64,000 nucleotides of DNA from Gemmatimonadota bacterium (GTDB taxonomy: Bacteria; Gemmatimonadota; Gemmatimonadetes; Gemmatimonadales; GWC2-71-9). Shown piece by piece: positions 1 to 8,416 of the stretch. Position 1 is the stretch's first letter; every line of letters begins with the position of its first letter. The notes below the pieces were generated by a model that was not told the DNA's origin, searched no databases, and worked only from the letters and a program-made list of their open reading frames with translations. Location: the NCBI GenBank assembly GCA_041477065.1, contig JBGOUQ010000009.1, forward strand, positions 13,979-77,978, written 5' to 3'. The position numbers and the translations under genes were made by a program.

Positions 1-149
1 CGTCGCGCCGGCGACGTGGCCCGATCGCCCGCGCGGATTCTCCCCCGGATGCCGGGCCACAGATCCCGCGGCGGCTCGATGCTGCGCGGCAGCCGCCGGG
101 CCTGGTCCGTCAGGCTCTGGAACTCGGAATCGCGGTCGTCGGTGCTCAT
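1..149 (-). CDS. Anti-sigma factor, N-terminal part (gene continues beyond window start)
   Basis: Not in the ORF track because it is truncated. The ATG at 147-149 overlaps the TGA of the upstream sigma gene (ATGA). Hand translation MSTDDRDSEFQSLTDQARRLPRSIEPPRDLWPGIRGRI... resembles ECF-partner anti-sigma N-termini. Confidence 0.5.
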   Translation of the reverse strand, partial: MSTDDRDSEFQSLTDQARRLPRSIEPPRDLWPGIRGRIRAGDRATSPAR

Positions 150-835
150 CGATCCAGCATCTCCCGCAGCAGCCGGCGTGCCCGGAACAGCTGCGCTTTG
201 GAAGTCCCCTCCGCGATGCCCACGAGCTCGGCGATCTCCTGGTGGCGGTATCCTTCGACGTCGTATAACACGAACACCTCCCGCGCTCCTTCGGGCAGCG
301 CCGCGATGGCGCGCTCGAGATCGATGCTGAGTCCCGCCGTACTCGCGCGGCCGGGCCGTTCCAGCGCCGCCGGATCCTCCGCCGGCATCACTCGCAACTC
401 GCGCCGCTTCGTGGCGCGCCGCTCGCCGAGTACCACGTTCACCGCCAGCCGGTGCAGCCACGAGGAGAATGCGCTCTCCCCCCGAAACGTGCCCAGCTGC
501 TGCCACGCCCGGACGAAGACATCCTGCGTCCGCTCCTCAGCGTCGGGCCCGTTGGCCGTGAGCCGCAGGCACAGCGCGTACACACGCCCGGCGTGCTCCC
601 GGTAAATCCGCTCGAACGCCGCCTCGTCCCCCGTTTGTGCCCGGCGGACGACCTCGGTTATGCCCCCGCCTCCTGTGGTGACAGAGAGCTGTGGGGGCTC
701 GGGCGCTGAAAGCGGGTGGTCGTCCCTCAGTGGGCGGAAGCTCCTGGTCGCGACAGCCGGCACATCCCTACGATGCCGGCGGACGACAAATCGTTGGAAC
801 GGGTCGGCGTGAGGCGCGGATTCAGGGTCCGGCAA
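146..835 (-). CDS. ECF-type RNA polymerase sigma-70 family factor
   Basis: Region 2 (FERIYREHAGRVYALCLRL...DVFVRAWQQL) and region 4 HTH (YRHQEIAELVGIAEGTSKAQLFRARRLL) are present. The true start is probably downstream of 835, because the 5' end overlaps the neighbouring gene's 3' end. Confidence 0.9.
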   Translation of the reverse strand: MPDPESAPHADPFQRFVVRRHRRDVPAVATRSFRPLRDDHPLSAPEPPQLSVTTGGGGITEVVRRAQTGDEAAFERIYREHAGRVYALCLRLTANGPDAEERTQDVFVRAWQQLGTFRGESAFSSWLHRLAVNVVLGERRATKRRELRVMPAEDPAALERPGRASTAGLSIDLERAIAALPEGAREVFVLYDVEGYRHQEIAELVGIAEGTSKAQLFRARRLLREMLDR

Positions 836-1767
836 CCCGTGCGGCGCGCTGGGCCATGCCGCCCTGGTACAGCGTGAACGCCGCGGCCGTCGCTCCAGTC
901 ACGTCGAACACCAGCCGCACGTTCTCATCGAAACTGGCGACGAAGGTGTGCTCGCCTAGCGGCAGGTCCTTCACCGCGGGCGCGACCAGCCCCAGGGCCG
1001 CGCGCGCCAGCCGGTCGGCGATGCGGCTCGGATTCGATCCCTCGGTGTTGACGAGCACGACGACGGTGAGGGAATCGTCCGGGAAGTAGTCGAGCTCGGT
1101 CTGGAAACCGTTGATCCCACCACCGTGACCGATCTTGCGACGGCCTCCCAGCTCGCCGATCGCGAGGCCGAAGCCGTAGGTCGTCTTCGAGCCGTTGTTG
1201 AGCGTGCCCGGGGTGACCATCTGCCCGTAGCTCACGGCGCTGATGAGCCTGTGATTCTGGAGACTGCGCTCCCAGGCGACCAGGTCGAGCACCGAGGAGC
1301 ACGAGCCGCATCTTGTCCTGCCACTCCGGGCCCAGACTGGTGTAGCTCTTGATCCCCGAGGTGTGCGTGAGCAGGTGGCGCACGGTGACGCGGTGCCCCT
1401 GTGTCGGGAAGTCGGGCAGGTACGTGGTGATCTCGCTGTCGAGCGCGACCTTCCCCTGCTCTACGAGCTGCATGATAGCGAGCGCGGTGAACTGCTTGGT
1501 CAGCGACCCCAGGCGGAACACCGTCTGCGCCGTCGCCGGCACCTCGTTCTCGAGGTCCGCGAAGCCGTAGCCCTTCGCGAGCAGCGTGTCGTTCCCGCGC
1601 ACGACCGCGACCGCGAGCGCCGCAAGCCGGCCCTCCCGGAGGGCGGCTCGGGCGAGCGAGTCGAGTGCCGCGGCCGCCGCACGCGGCGCGGGGGTGGAGC
1701 GCTGAGCACGGAGCGGAAACGCGATCGCCACGGTCGCGAACAGCGAGTACAGACGCCGACACCGCAC
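822..1767 (-). pseudogene. Beta-lactamase-related serine hydrolase, disrupted (internal deletion plus frameshift)
   Basis: The N-terminal part is in the frame of ORF 925-1767 (signal peptide, SxxK motif SLTKQF, LLTHTSGI). The C-terminal part is in the frame of ORF 822-1292 (LVAWERSLQNHRLIS...GHGGGINGF). The frames switch near 1290-1310, and the middle segment that normally carries the YxN motif is absent. Confidence 0.75.
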
Positions 1768-1776
1768 AGAGTCCTC

Positions 1777-3561
1777 CTAGGGAAGCCGGATGCCGCGGGT
1801 CACATCCCGCAACCGCTGCTCCAACGTCTTCTGGGCCTGATCGAGGCGCCCGCGCTGCTCCGCGAGCCGCGCCGTCACCTCGCCAGTGACGGCGGTCACC
1901 TGGGCGCGGACCGGCGCCGTCTCGCGATCGACGCTGCTATCCACCTGCGCGCGCAGCTTGCGCTCGGCGCCCGCGACCTCCTCCCCCACCACCGCGCGCA
2001 GCCGGTCCGCCACGGCGCGGTCCAGGTTCGAGCTGATCGCCAGGCTGGGGTGGTCGATCGTGCCGCGCAGCTGGGCGGTGAGATCGAGTGAGCCGATCCC
2101 CGACAGCACGCGCTCGACCAGCTGCTGGACGGGGGTCCCGCCCCCACCGCCGGCTCCTGCGCCGCTGTCCCGCACCCAGCGCAGCGCGTCGGAGCGCACC
2201 CCCCAGCGGCCGCGCAGCGTGTCTCCGTGCAGCGCAAAGCCCAGGGTCACCGTGCCGCGGCCGGGCTCGAGCCGCAGCGGCAGGGCGCCGAGGGCGAGCG
2301 CGGGAAGGCTCACTCCCTGCATCGTCGCGCCGGCGGTGTCGAGCGGCGTGCCGCGCACGTGGTCGAACAGCCCGCCGGCCTGGAGCGTCGGCGCGCTGGC
2401 GGTGAAGACCGTCGGCCGGCCGTAGACCGCGGGATCGCTCGTGAGCCCGGTCAGCCGGCCGGCGTAGGTCTTGGGCTGCGACGCCGTGGGATCGAGCCGG
2501 AACGAAAGCTCGGCGTCGCGCAGCAGGAAGCCGGGGAGCGCGTGCTCCCGGGGAAACCGCACCGTGGTGCCGGCCCGCCGCATCCGCTTGGGGCCAGGAT
2601 CGGCGTGGGGCAACAGGCCGGGCGGGAAATAGCGGCGGCCGAGCTGTACCAGGTAGAGGGCGCGCTGGAACCGCGCCATGGCCACCGGGCCGAACAGCGC
2701 CGCGCCCACGTCGCCCGCGTCGAGCGCCGGCAGCTTGAGCATGCTGCGGGCGAAGGCGTAGTCCCGCTGTTTCGCCTCGTTGAGCGCCGTCACCCCAGCC
2801 TGGAGGCCTGCCGCGCCGGTGGTGACCCCGCGCTCGAACGCCGCCACGCGGTCCCGCGCCTGCTTCACCTGGTCGATGGTGCGGCGCGCCTGATTGAGCA
2901 GCGCGAGATCGGTGGGCCTCGCGCCGCGCAGCCGGTTCGCCAGCGCGGTGGCCGAATCGACGGTCGCGCCGAGATCCAGCCCTTGGAGTCCCGCCGTCCA
3001 GGCCGCTCGGCTCGAGTCGGCCCGCGCGGCGAGCGCCTTCGCCTCCCGCGGCGTGGAGAGGCTGGCCGGGTCCACGCGGCCGATGGCGATCTTGCCTGTG
3101 GCGAGCTGCAGCGCCGGAAAGTCGATCGATCGCGCCCACTGGCCCACGTGCTCCGCAACTTGTCGCGTGGCGCCGGGGCCGCTCGACGGCACGATGCCGG
3201 AGGTGGCGCGCGGCGTCCCGAAGGTGAGACCGTTCGCCGCCAAGCGATCGATGATCACTTTCTTCTCGAGCAGCGGCAGCAGATCGAGGTCGGCGACCAG
3301 CTCGTCGGCGTGGACCAAGTTCTTGAGCGACTCGGACGGGCTCGCGGCGGTGAGGCCCCGCACCTCGATCTTGCCGCCGAACAGGTCGATGTGCAGCCGG
3401 TCGATCTCGACCTTGGCGCCGAGCATCGCCGTCCCCACCGATTCGGCGGCGCGGCGCGCCAGGCGATCGGCGAGCAGCCACCACGCCGCCAGCCCGAGGA
3501 CGGTGAACACAAGCAAGGGAGCGACCGCCTTCCAGCGGAATACGGCAAGGCGCGTCGTCAT
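1777..3561 (-). CDS. Large membrane-anchored protein, TIGR03545-like (family name from memory)
   Basis: The chosen start is MTTRLAVFRWKAVAPLLVFTVLGLAAWW (N-terminal TM) at 3561, inside the longer 670-aa ORF. This start overlaps the stop of the upstream gene (ATGA). The gene is paired with a TIGR03546-like gene, as is typical for this family. Confidence 0.7.
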   Translation of the reverse strand: MTTRLAVFRWKAVAPLLVFTVLGLAAWWLLADRLARRAAESVGTAMLGAKVEIDRLHIDLFGGKIEVRGLTAASPSESLKNLVHADELVADLDLLPLLEKKVIIDRLAANGLTFGTPRATSGIVPSSGPGATRQVAEHVGQWARSIDFPALQLATGKIAIGRVDPASLSTPREAKALAARADSSRAAWTAGLQGLDLGATVDSATALANRLRGARPTDLALLNQARRTIDQVKQARDRVAAFERGVTTGAAGLQAGVTALNEAKQRDYAFARSMLKLPALDAGDVGAALFGPVAMARFQRALYLVQLGRRYFPPGLLPHADPGPKRMRRAGTTVRFPREHALPGFLLRDAELSFRLDPTASQPKTYAGRLTGLTSDPAVYGRPTVFTASAPTLQAGGLFDHVRGTPLDTAGATMQGVSLPALALGALPLRLEPGRGTVTLGFALHGDTLRGRWGVRSDALRWVRDSGAGAGGGGGTPVQQLVERVLSGIGSLDLTAQLRGTIDHPSLAISSNLDRAVADRLRAVVGEEVAGAERKLRAQVDSSVDRETAPVRAQVTAVTGEVTARLAEQRGRLDQAQKTLEQRLRDVTRGIRLP

Positions 3562-4073
3562 GGCCGGAACAGCCGGTACATGTTGTAGAGGCTCGACGCC
3601 TTCACCGCCTGGTAGACGCGCGTGCGGACGATCCAGGCGCCCACCGTGTCCCGGTAGCGGCGCACCCCCCACCGGCTCGCGAGGAAAACCGGGTACAGGA
3701 ACACCAGCGCCCACACCAGGCTGCCCAACACCACCGTGTTGTTGAAGTTCGCGAGCGGGACGACGGGAGTGTTGGCGAGCGTGGTCCACAGCGGCGTGAG
3801 GGCCGGGGTCTCCAGCAGCAGCACCCGGCCGATCCGGTCGAACAGCGGGTCGAGCAGGAATCCGACCGGCACGAACACCGCCCAGCCGAGCATGGCGCCG
3901 GGGAAGGAGACGTTGAGGAGGACGATGGCGGCGAAGACGACGGCGTTGTGGAGGTTGACGAGCGGGGTGAGGCCGAGAATCGAGCCGAGGGCGATCCCCG
4001 CGGCCAGCTGTCCCGGCGTCCCCTCGGAGTGCAGCGCCTTGACGAGGGATTGCAGGAGTTTGAAGAGCAACAT
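3558..4073 (-). CDS. Small polytopic membrane protein, TIGR03546/DUF2062-like
   Basis: A 171-aa ORF with several hydrophobic helices (GIALGSILGLTPLVNLHNAVVFAAIVLL...). It is translationally coupled to the downstream TIGR03545-like gene. Confidence 0.7.
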   Translation of the reverse strand: MLLFKLLQSLVKALHSEGTPGQLAAGIALGSILGLTPLVNLHNAVVFAAIVLLNVSFPGAMLGWAVFVPVGFLLDPLFDRIGRVLLLETPALTPLWTTLANTPVVPLANFNNTVVLGSLVWALVFLYPVFLASRWGVRRYRDTVGAWIVRTRVYQAVKASSLYNMYRLFRP

Positions 4074-4168
4074 GCGGAGAGGCTAGCGGAGGAGGCCGAA
4101 CGCAGCAAGAGCCGGAGGGTGACGGCTCCCCCCCGGCTCTTGTCGCGATACGCCCGCGGCGGATCGCG

Positions 4169-4372
4169 CTAGGAGCGTATCCCCTTGTGGTTGCTGCGCC
4201 GGTCCGCGATGGCGCGGCGATCGAGGCCGCTGCGGCGTCCTTCGGGCAGTCGCCGGTCGATGCCGCGGCGCCGATCGAGCGCGACGGCGAGGACTGCCCG
4301 CCGCCGCTCGGTCACGTCCCGGCGATCCGCGCGCGCGCGGCGATCCGGCACCCTACGCAGCTCTCGCATCAC
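4169..4372 (-). CDS. Arg-rich miniprotein with about 8 hexapeptide-spaced [D/E/G]RR repeats
   Basis: A 67-aa ORF (GTG 4372 or ATG 4369) with SD GGAGAG 5 nt upstream of the ATG and strongly G/C-biased third codon positions. A sigma-54-type promoter lies about 55 nt upstream. No family was recognised. Confidence 0.5.
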   Translation of the reverse strand: MMRELRRVPDRRARADRRDVTERRRAVLAVALDRRRGIDRRLPEGRRSGLDRRAIADRRSNHKGIRS

Positions 4373-4426
4373 GTCTCTCCCGCTTCATCCGTGGACTAGG
4401 GCAACCCACCGGCCTTGGGGTCTTAG

Positions 4427-4442
4427 TGCAAGTCTTGTGCCC
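4427..4442 (-). promoter_or_regulatory. Sigma-54 (-24/-12) type promoter
   Basis: The minus strand reads GGGCAC-AAGAC-TTGCA, which matches TGGCAC-N5-TTGCW at 10 of 11 specified positions with correct spacing. It sits in an intergenic region upstream of the DRR-repeat ORF. Confidence 0.6.
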
Positions 4443-4574
4443 ATGCGGGTTTGGACCCCCTCGGTAGAGAACGCGCTGTCCCAGCAGGAGGTCCCGCGGG
4501 GGTACAGCGGCACCGAGGCCTTCATACAATTGCCCGGCCGCCACGAAACTGCCGTGCGGCCGCGACATCGAACC

Positions 4575-5999
4575 TCACCCGGCGACCACCACCGGCGGCC
4601 GGCGCCGGTGCCAATCAGTGCGCGATTGATAGCGCCGGGCGAGCGTGACGAGCTTCGCTTCGTCGAACGCGCGCGCCGTGAAGCAGAGGCCCGTGGGCAG
4701 CCCCTCGAGTCCGAATCCATTCGGCACCGTGATCGCCGGCACGCCGACCACGTTGCTCGGACCGATGATGTTGGCGCCGCCGGTGACGCCGGGCCAGCCG
4801 TCGCGGAACGGCTTGTCGAGCGGCGTGGCGACGGTGTTCCGGGTCGGCGTCGCGAGAACGTCGAACTGCGTCAGCAAGGCGTCGAACGCCCGTTGCATCG
4901 GCCGCCGGATCCGCAGCGCCCGCAAGTAGTCGCGCGCGGGAATCGCGAGCGCCGGGTAGCCGCCGGTGCGGTCCTCCGGCGCGGTGAGCTCGCCGATGTG
5001 GCCGCTCTGGAACAGGTCGTCGAACGCACTCGAGCCTTCGGCCGCGATGATCGTGCCCCCCACGACCCCGTAGGGGAAATCCGGCAGCTCGACGCCGTCC
5101 ACCACGGTGATCACGTCCCGGAGCGCGTCGAGCGACGCCCGGAAGTTGGCGGTCACCTGCGAGTGGATCTTATCGTCGGCGCAATCGAGCACGCCCACCG
5201 TGAACCGCCGGCGCCGGCCCGTCGTCGTGACGGGAGGGACGCGGAACCCGCGCGCCACCGCCGTAGGATCGCGCGGATCTTTCCCGGCGATCGCCGCCAG
5301 CACGAGCGCGCAATCCTGCGCGCTACGCCCCAGGGGGCCGAGCTTGTCCATGGTCCAGGACAGCGCCATGGCGCCGTGCCGGCTCACCAGGCCGTACGTG
5401 GGCCGCAGACCGGTGACGCCGCAGTAGGCCGCCGGCGTGAGGATCGAGCCCGACGTCTCCGACCCGATCGCGAATGGTACGAGCCCGGCGGCGACTGCCG
5501 CGCCCGGCCCGCTCGAAGAGCCGCCGCTCCAGTAGCCGGGGTTCCAAGGGGTTTTTCCCGGTCCGGTGAACGAGGCGTTGGCCTGGTTGTAGCCCATCCC
5601 GCCGGCGAGCTCGACCATCGCGAGCTTGGCACACAGCACGGCGCCGGCCGCGGTGAGCCGCGCCACCACCGTCGCATCCTCGTCCAGGCTCTGGGCCCCC
5701 CCCCGATACGGGGCGGCGCCCCAGGTGGTCGGGTAGCCCTGCGCGGACAGCAGGTCCTTCACACCATAGGGAATGCCGTGCAGCGGCCCGCGCCAGCGGC
5801 CGCGGCGGATCTCCCGGTCGGCGCGCGCCGCCTCGGCGAGGGCGCGGTCGCGCGTCACCGTGATCACCGCGCCGTAGGCCGGCCCCAGCCGCTCGAGCCG
5901 GTCCAGGAACAACGTGGCCAGCTCGGTGGCGGAGACTTTTCTAGCCCGCAACAGCCGGCCCAGCTCGACCACCGAGGAGAAGGCGAGATCGTCGCTCAT
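4575..5999 (-). CDS. Amidase-signature family enzyme (GatA-like amidase)
   Basis: 474 aa with the catalytic Lys context GIPYGVKDL, the GGSSSGPGAAVAAG motif and GSETSGSI. There is no N-terminal signal peptide. Confidence 0.9.
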   Translation of the reverse strand: MSDDLAFSSVVELGRLLRARKVSATELATLFLDRLERLGPAYGAVITVTRDRALAEAARADREIRRGRWRGPLHGIPYGVKDLLSAQGYPTTWGAAPYRGGAQSLDEDATVVARLTAAGAVLCAKLAMVELAGGMGYNQANASFTGPGKTPWNPGYWSGGSSSGPGAAVAAGLVPFAIGSETSGSILTPAAYCGVTGLRPTYGLVSRHGAMALSWTMDKLGPLGRSAQDCALVLAAIAGKDPRDPTAVARGFRVPPVTTTGRRRRFTVGVLDCADDKIHSQVTANFRASLDALRDVITVVDGVELPDFPYGVVGGTIIAAEGSSAFDDLFQSGHIGELTAPEDRTGGYPALAIPARDYLRALRIRRPMQRAFDALLTQFDVLATPTRNTVATPLDKPFRDGWPGVTGGANIIGPSNVVGVPAITVPNGFGLEGLPTGLCFTARAFDEAKLVTLARRYQSRTDWHRRRPPVVVAG

Positions 6000-6367
6000 C
6001 GGTCGGGCCCGCGGAACACGGAGTACACGAAATCCGGCTCGTCGCCGTTGGCCAGCGAGACCTGGTAGAGCCGCTCGGCCCCTTGGAGCCGGCTGTCGAT
6101 GCTCCGGGCGATCACCGCGAGGTCGTCGGCGGAGAAGCGATCGGGCCAGCGCAGCCGGATCCCCTCGACGAGGGCCTTGGCCAGAGCTGACGGCTCGGGC
6201 GCCTGGGGGGAAGGCTGTTGCGCGATCCCTGTCACGGGCGCCGCCACCAGCTCGGCCGGTGAGAGATCGGCAAGGACGAAGGGGGCGGCCGCGGCGAGCG
6301 CGAGCCGTTCGGCGAATGTGCGCCGGGAGATATGCGCGTCGGGGCGCGGGGCGTTAGCGTTGGGCAT
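5996..6367 (-). CDS. Tat-signal small protein with GatC-like C-terminal region (amidase partner)
   Basis: The chosen start is MPNANAPRPDAHISRRTFAERLALAAAAPF (twin-arginine motif SRRTF). The C-terminal part, FSADDLAVIARSIDSRLQGAERLYQVSLANGDEP, resembles GatC/AtzG-type helpers. The stop overlaps the amidase start (ATGA). Confidence 0.65.
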   Translation of the reverse strand: MPNANAPRPDAHISRRTFAERLALAAAAPFVLADLSPAELVAAPVTGIAQQPSPQAPEPSALAKALVEGIRLRWPDRFSADDLAVIARSIDSRLQGAERLYQVSLANGDEPDFVYSVFRGPDR

Positions 6368-7520
6368 GAACGAAAAAGTACGTCCCCCACAATCGTCCGG
6401 CGAGCCGCCGGTCCGCCACCTGTTCGGCCCCGGCCCCGCCAACGTCGACCCCCGGGTCACCCGGGCCGCCGCCGCCCCGCTGGTCGGCCACCTCGATCCG
6501 TACTTTCTCCAGGTGATGGACGAGACGATGGCGATGCTGCGCCGCGTGTTCCGCACGGAGAACCACCACACCATTCCGATGTCGGCGACGGGGAGCGGCG
6601 GCCTCGAGACCATCATGCTCAACCTGCTCGAGCCGGGAGACGAGTGCGTGGTCGGGGTGATCGGCTACTTCGGCCAGCGGCTGGCGGAGATGGCCGGGCG
6701 CGCCGGGGCGACGGTGCGGGTGGTGGAAGCACCCCTGGGCGACGTGATCGCCCCGGAGCGCTTTGCCACCGAGCTGCGGCGGCGGCCCGCCAAGCTGGTG
6801 GCGCTCGTGCACGCGGAGACCTCGACCGGCGCCTGGCAGCCGATCCCGGAGGTGGCCGAGATCGCGCACCAGAACGGCGCCCTGATCGCCATCGACTGCG
6901 TCACGTCCCTGGGCGGGATCCCGGTGGAGATCGACGCCTGGGGCATCGACGCCGCCGGGTCCTGCTCCCAGAAGTGCCTCGGCGCGCCCCCCGGCTTGGC
7001 GCCGGTCACCTTCGGCCCCCGCGCCATGGACGCCGTGCGGCGCCGCCGCGCCAAACCGACCACCTGGTACTTCGACCTCAACCTGCTGTTTCAATACTGG
7101 GGAGAAGCGGGGGGGGAGGGGGGGGGGGCCAAAGAGCGCGCGTTTCACCACACCGCCCCGGTGGCGAGCATCTACGGCTTCCACGAAGCGCTGCGGCTCG
7201 TGCTGGACGAAGGGCTGGAGGCCCGCTGGGCGCGGCACCGCGCGGCGCACGAGCGCCTCATGCAGGGGTTGGAGCGCCTCGGGCTCGAGCCGTTCACGCC
7301 GGCGGCACACCGTCTGCCGCAGCTCAACGTGATCCGGATCCCGGCCGGCGTGGACGATGGGGCCGTGCGGCGCCGGCTGCTGGAGCGCGGCATCGAGATC
7401 GCCGGCGGCTTCGGCCCGCTCAAGGGCAAGACGTGGCGCGTAGGACTGATGGGCGTCAACGCGACCCCGGAACGGGTCGACTTCCTGCTCGAGGCGCTGA
7501 AGCAGGTTCTCAAGCGCTGA
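6366..7520 (+). CDS. Class V aminotransferase (alanine-glyoxylate / serine-pyruvate aminotransferase-like)
   Basis: The start is MNEKVRPPQSSGEPPVRHLFGPGPANVDPRV. The PLP-lysine context is GSCSQKCLGAPPG. The protein contains a Gly-rich insert, EAGGEGGGA, encoded by the G8-A-G11 tract. Confidence 0.9.
   Translation: MNEKVRPPQSSGEPPVRHLFGPGPANVDPRVTRAAAAPLVGHLDPYFLQVMDETMAMLRRVFRTENHHTIPMSATGSGGLETIMLNLLEPGDECVVGVIGYFGQRLAEMAGRAGATVRVVEAPLGDVIAPERFATELRRRPAKLVALVHAETSTGAWQPIPEVAEIAHQNGALIAIDCVTSLGGIPVEIDAWGIDAAGSCSQKCLGAPPGLAPVTFGPRAMDAVRRRRAKPTTWYFDLNLLFQYWGEAGGEGGGAKERAFHHTAPVASIYGFHEALRLVLDEGLEARWARHRAAHERLMQGLERLGLEPFTPAAHRLPQLNVIRIPAGVDDGAVRRRLLERGIEIAGGFGPLKGKTWRVGLMGVNATPERVDFLLEALKQVLKR
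7109..7128 (+). repeat. G8-A-G11 homopolymer pair inside the aminotransferase gene (in frame)
   Basis: Counted directly: G run 7109-7116, A at 7117, G run 7118-7128. The tract encodes GGEGGG. Confidence 0.95.
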
Positions 7521-7541
7521 GGGCGAGGTATCTTTCGACGC

Positions 7542-7808
7542 ATGAGAAAGAAGCTGCTGGTGATCGCCGCGGTGCTCGCCATCGTCGCGTTGTTCTTCTA
7601 TATGACCACGGCCCACGCCACGCAGGAGTGTGAGGTGTGCGTGGAGTTCAACGGGCGGTCCAACTGCGCCACGGCCGTCGGTCCCACCGTGAACCAGGCA
7701 ACGGAGGGCGCCCACACGACGGCGTGCGGGCCGGTGGCCAGCGGCATGAACGACGCCATCGCCTGCGGACGGAAACCTCCCGTGCGCGTGCAGTGCAAGA
7801 CCCGGTAG
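7542..7808 (+). CDS. Small membrane-anchored or secreted Cys-rich protein
   Basis: 88 aa with N-terminal hydrophobic helix KKLLVIAAVLAIVALFFYM and 6 Cys in the mature part. No family was recognised. Confidence 0.65.
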   Translation: MRKKLLVIAAVLAIVALFFYMTTAHATQECEVCVEFNGRSNCATAVGPTVNQATEGAHTTACGPVASGMNDAIACGRKPPVRVQCKTR

Positions 7809-7817
7809 CCCAAACAC

Positions 7818-7913
7818 CGTCGAGGAGCATCGTCGAGGAAGTGCGTCGAGGAGATTCGTACCTAGTCTTCGACGTCTGTCCTCGACGTCTATCCGCGACG
7901 CCTTTCCTAGACG
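7818..7913 (+). repeat. 13-nt-phased inverted repeat array (3 forward CGTCGAGGA units, 4 reverse TCYNNGACG units)
   Basis: Forward units start at 7818, 7831 and 7844. Reverse-complement units start at 7866, 7879, 7892 and 7905. The array is intergenic between 7808 and 7943. Confidence 0.9.
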
Positions 7914-7942
7914 TGGTTCTGTTACGCCTTTAGTATTGCTGC

Positions 7943-8413
7943 ATGTCCAGCTTCACAGTCCCCCGGACGGAGATCGTCGCCCGTCTCTCGCTCACCCAGG
8001 GGGAGCCGCGCTCGGGGCGGATCTGGGTATCGGAGCGCGTACCCCAGCACAGCGGACCCGAGACCCCACTGGAGATGCTGAACCGCCCCGAGGGGTTTTT
8101 CGCATTCCGGCCCGAGGGTGACGGCCCGGTGCTCCTCGTCACCAAGGCCGGGACGATCTCGCTCACGGTGCCCCACGTCGCGTCGATCAGCGATCCGGCG
8201 CGGTTGTCGGCCGCCAAGAAGATCGGGCTCGACCTGCTGTTGGCCGACGGCTCGACCCTCGCGGGCGTGGCCGCCGTCGAAGCCCCCGACCATCACGCCC
8301 GGCTGCTGGACTACCTCAACGCCTTCCCCGAGCCGTTTTTCGCGGTGTCCACCGATGCGGCCACGCACTACGTGAACCGGTCCCACGTCCTGTACGCACG
8401 CCCCCAGGAGTAA
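7943..8413 (+). CDS. Hypothetical protein, tightly linked upstream of the PilT-like ATPase
   Basis: 156-aa ORF with a stop 3 nt before the next start. No family was recognised. Confidence 0.6.
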   Translation: MSSFTVPRTEIVARLSLTQGEPRSGRIWVSERVPQHSGPETPLEMLNRPEGFFAFRPEGDGPVLLVTKAGTISLTVPHVASISDPARLSAAKKIGLDLLLADGSTLAGVAAVEAPDHHARLLDYLNAFPEPFFAVSTDAATHYVNRSHVLYARPQE

Positions 8414-8416
8414 CCG

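Noticed and set aside
7818-7913. The possibility that the 13-nt-phased repeat array is a CRISPR array.
   Set aside because: The units are only 9 nt with 4-nt gaps, so there are no spacers of 25-40 nt. Half of the units are inverted. No cas genes are present in the window.
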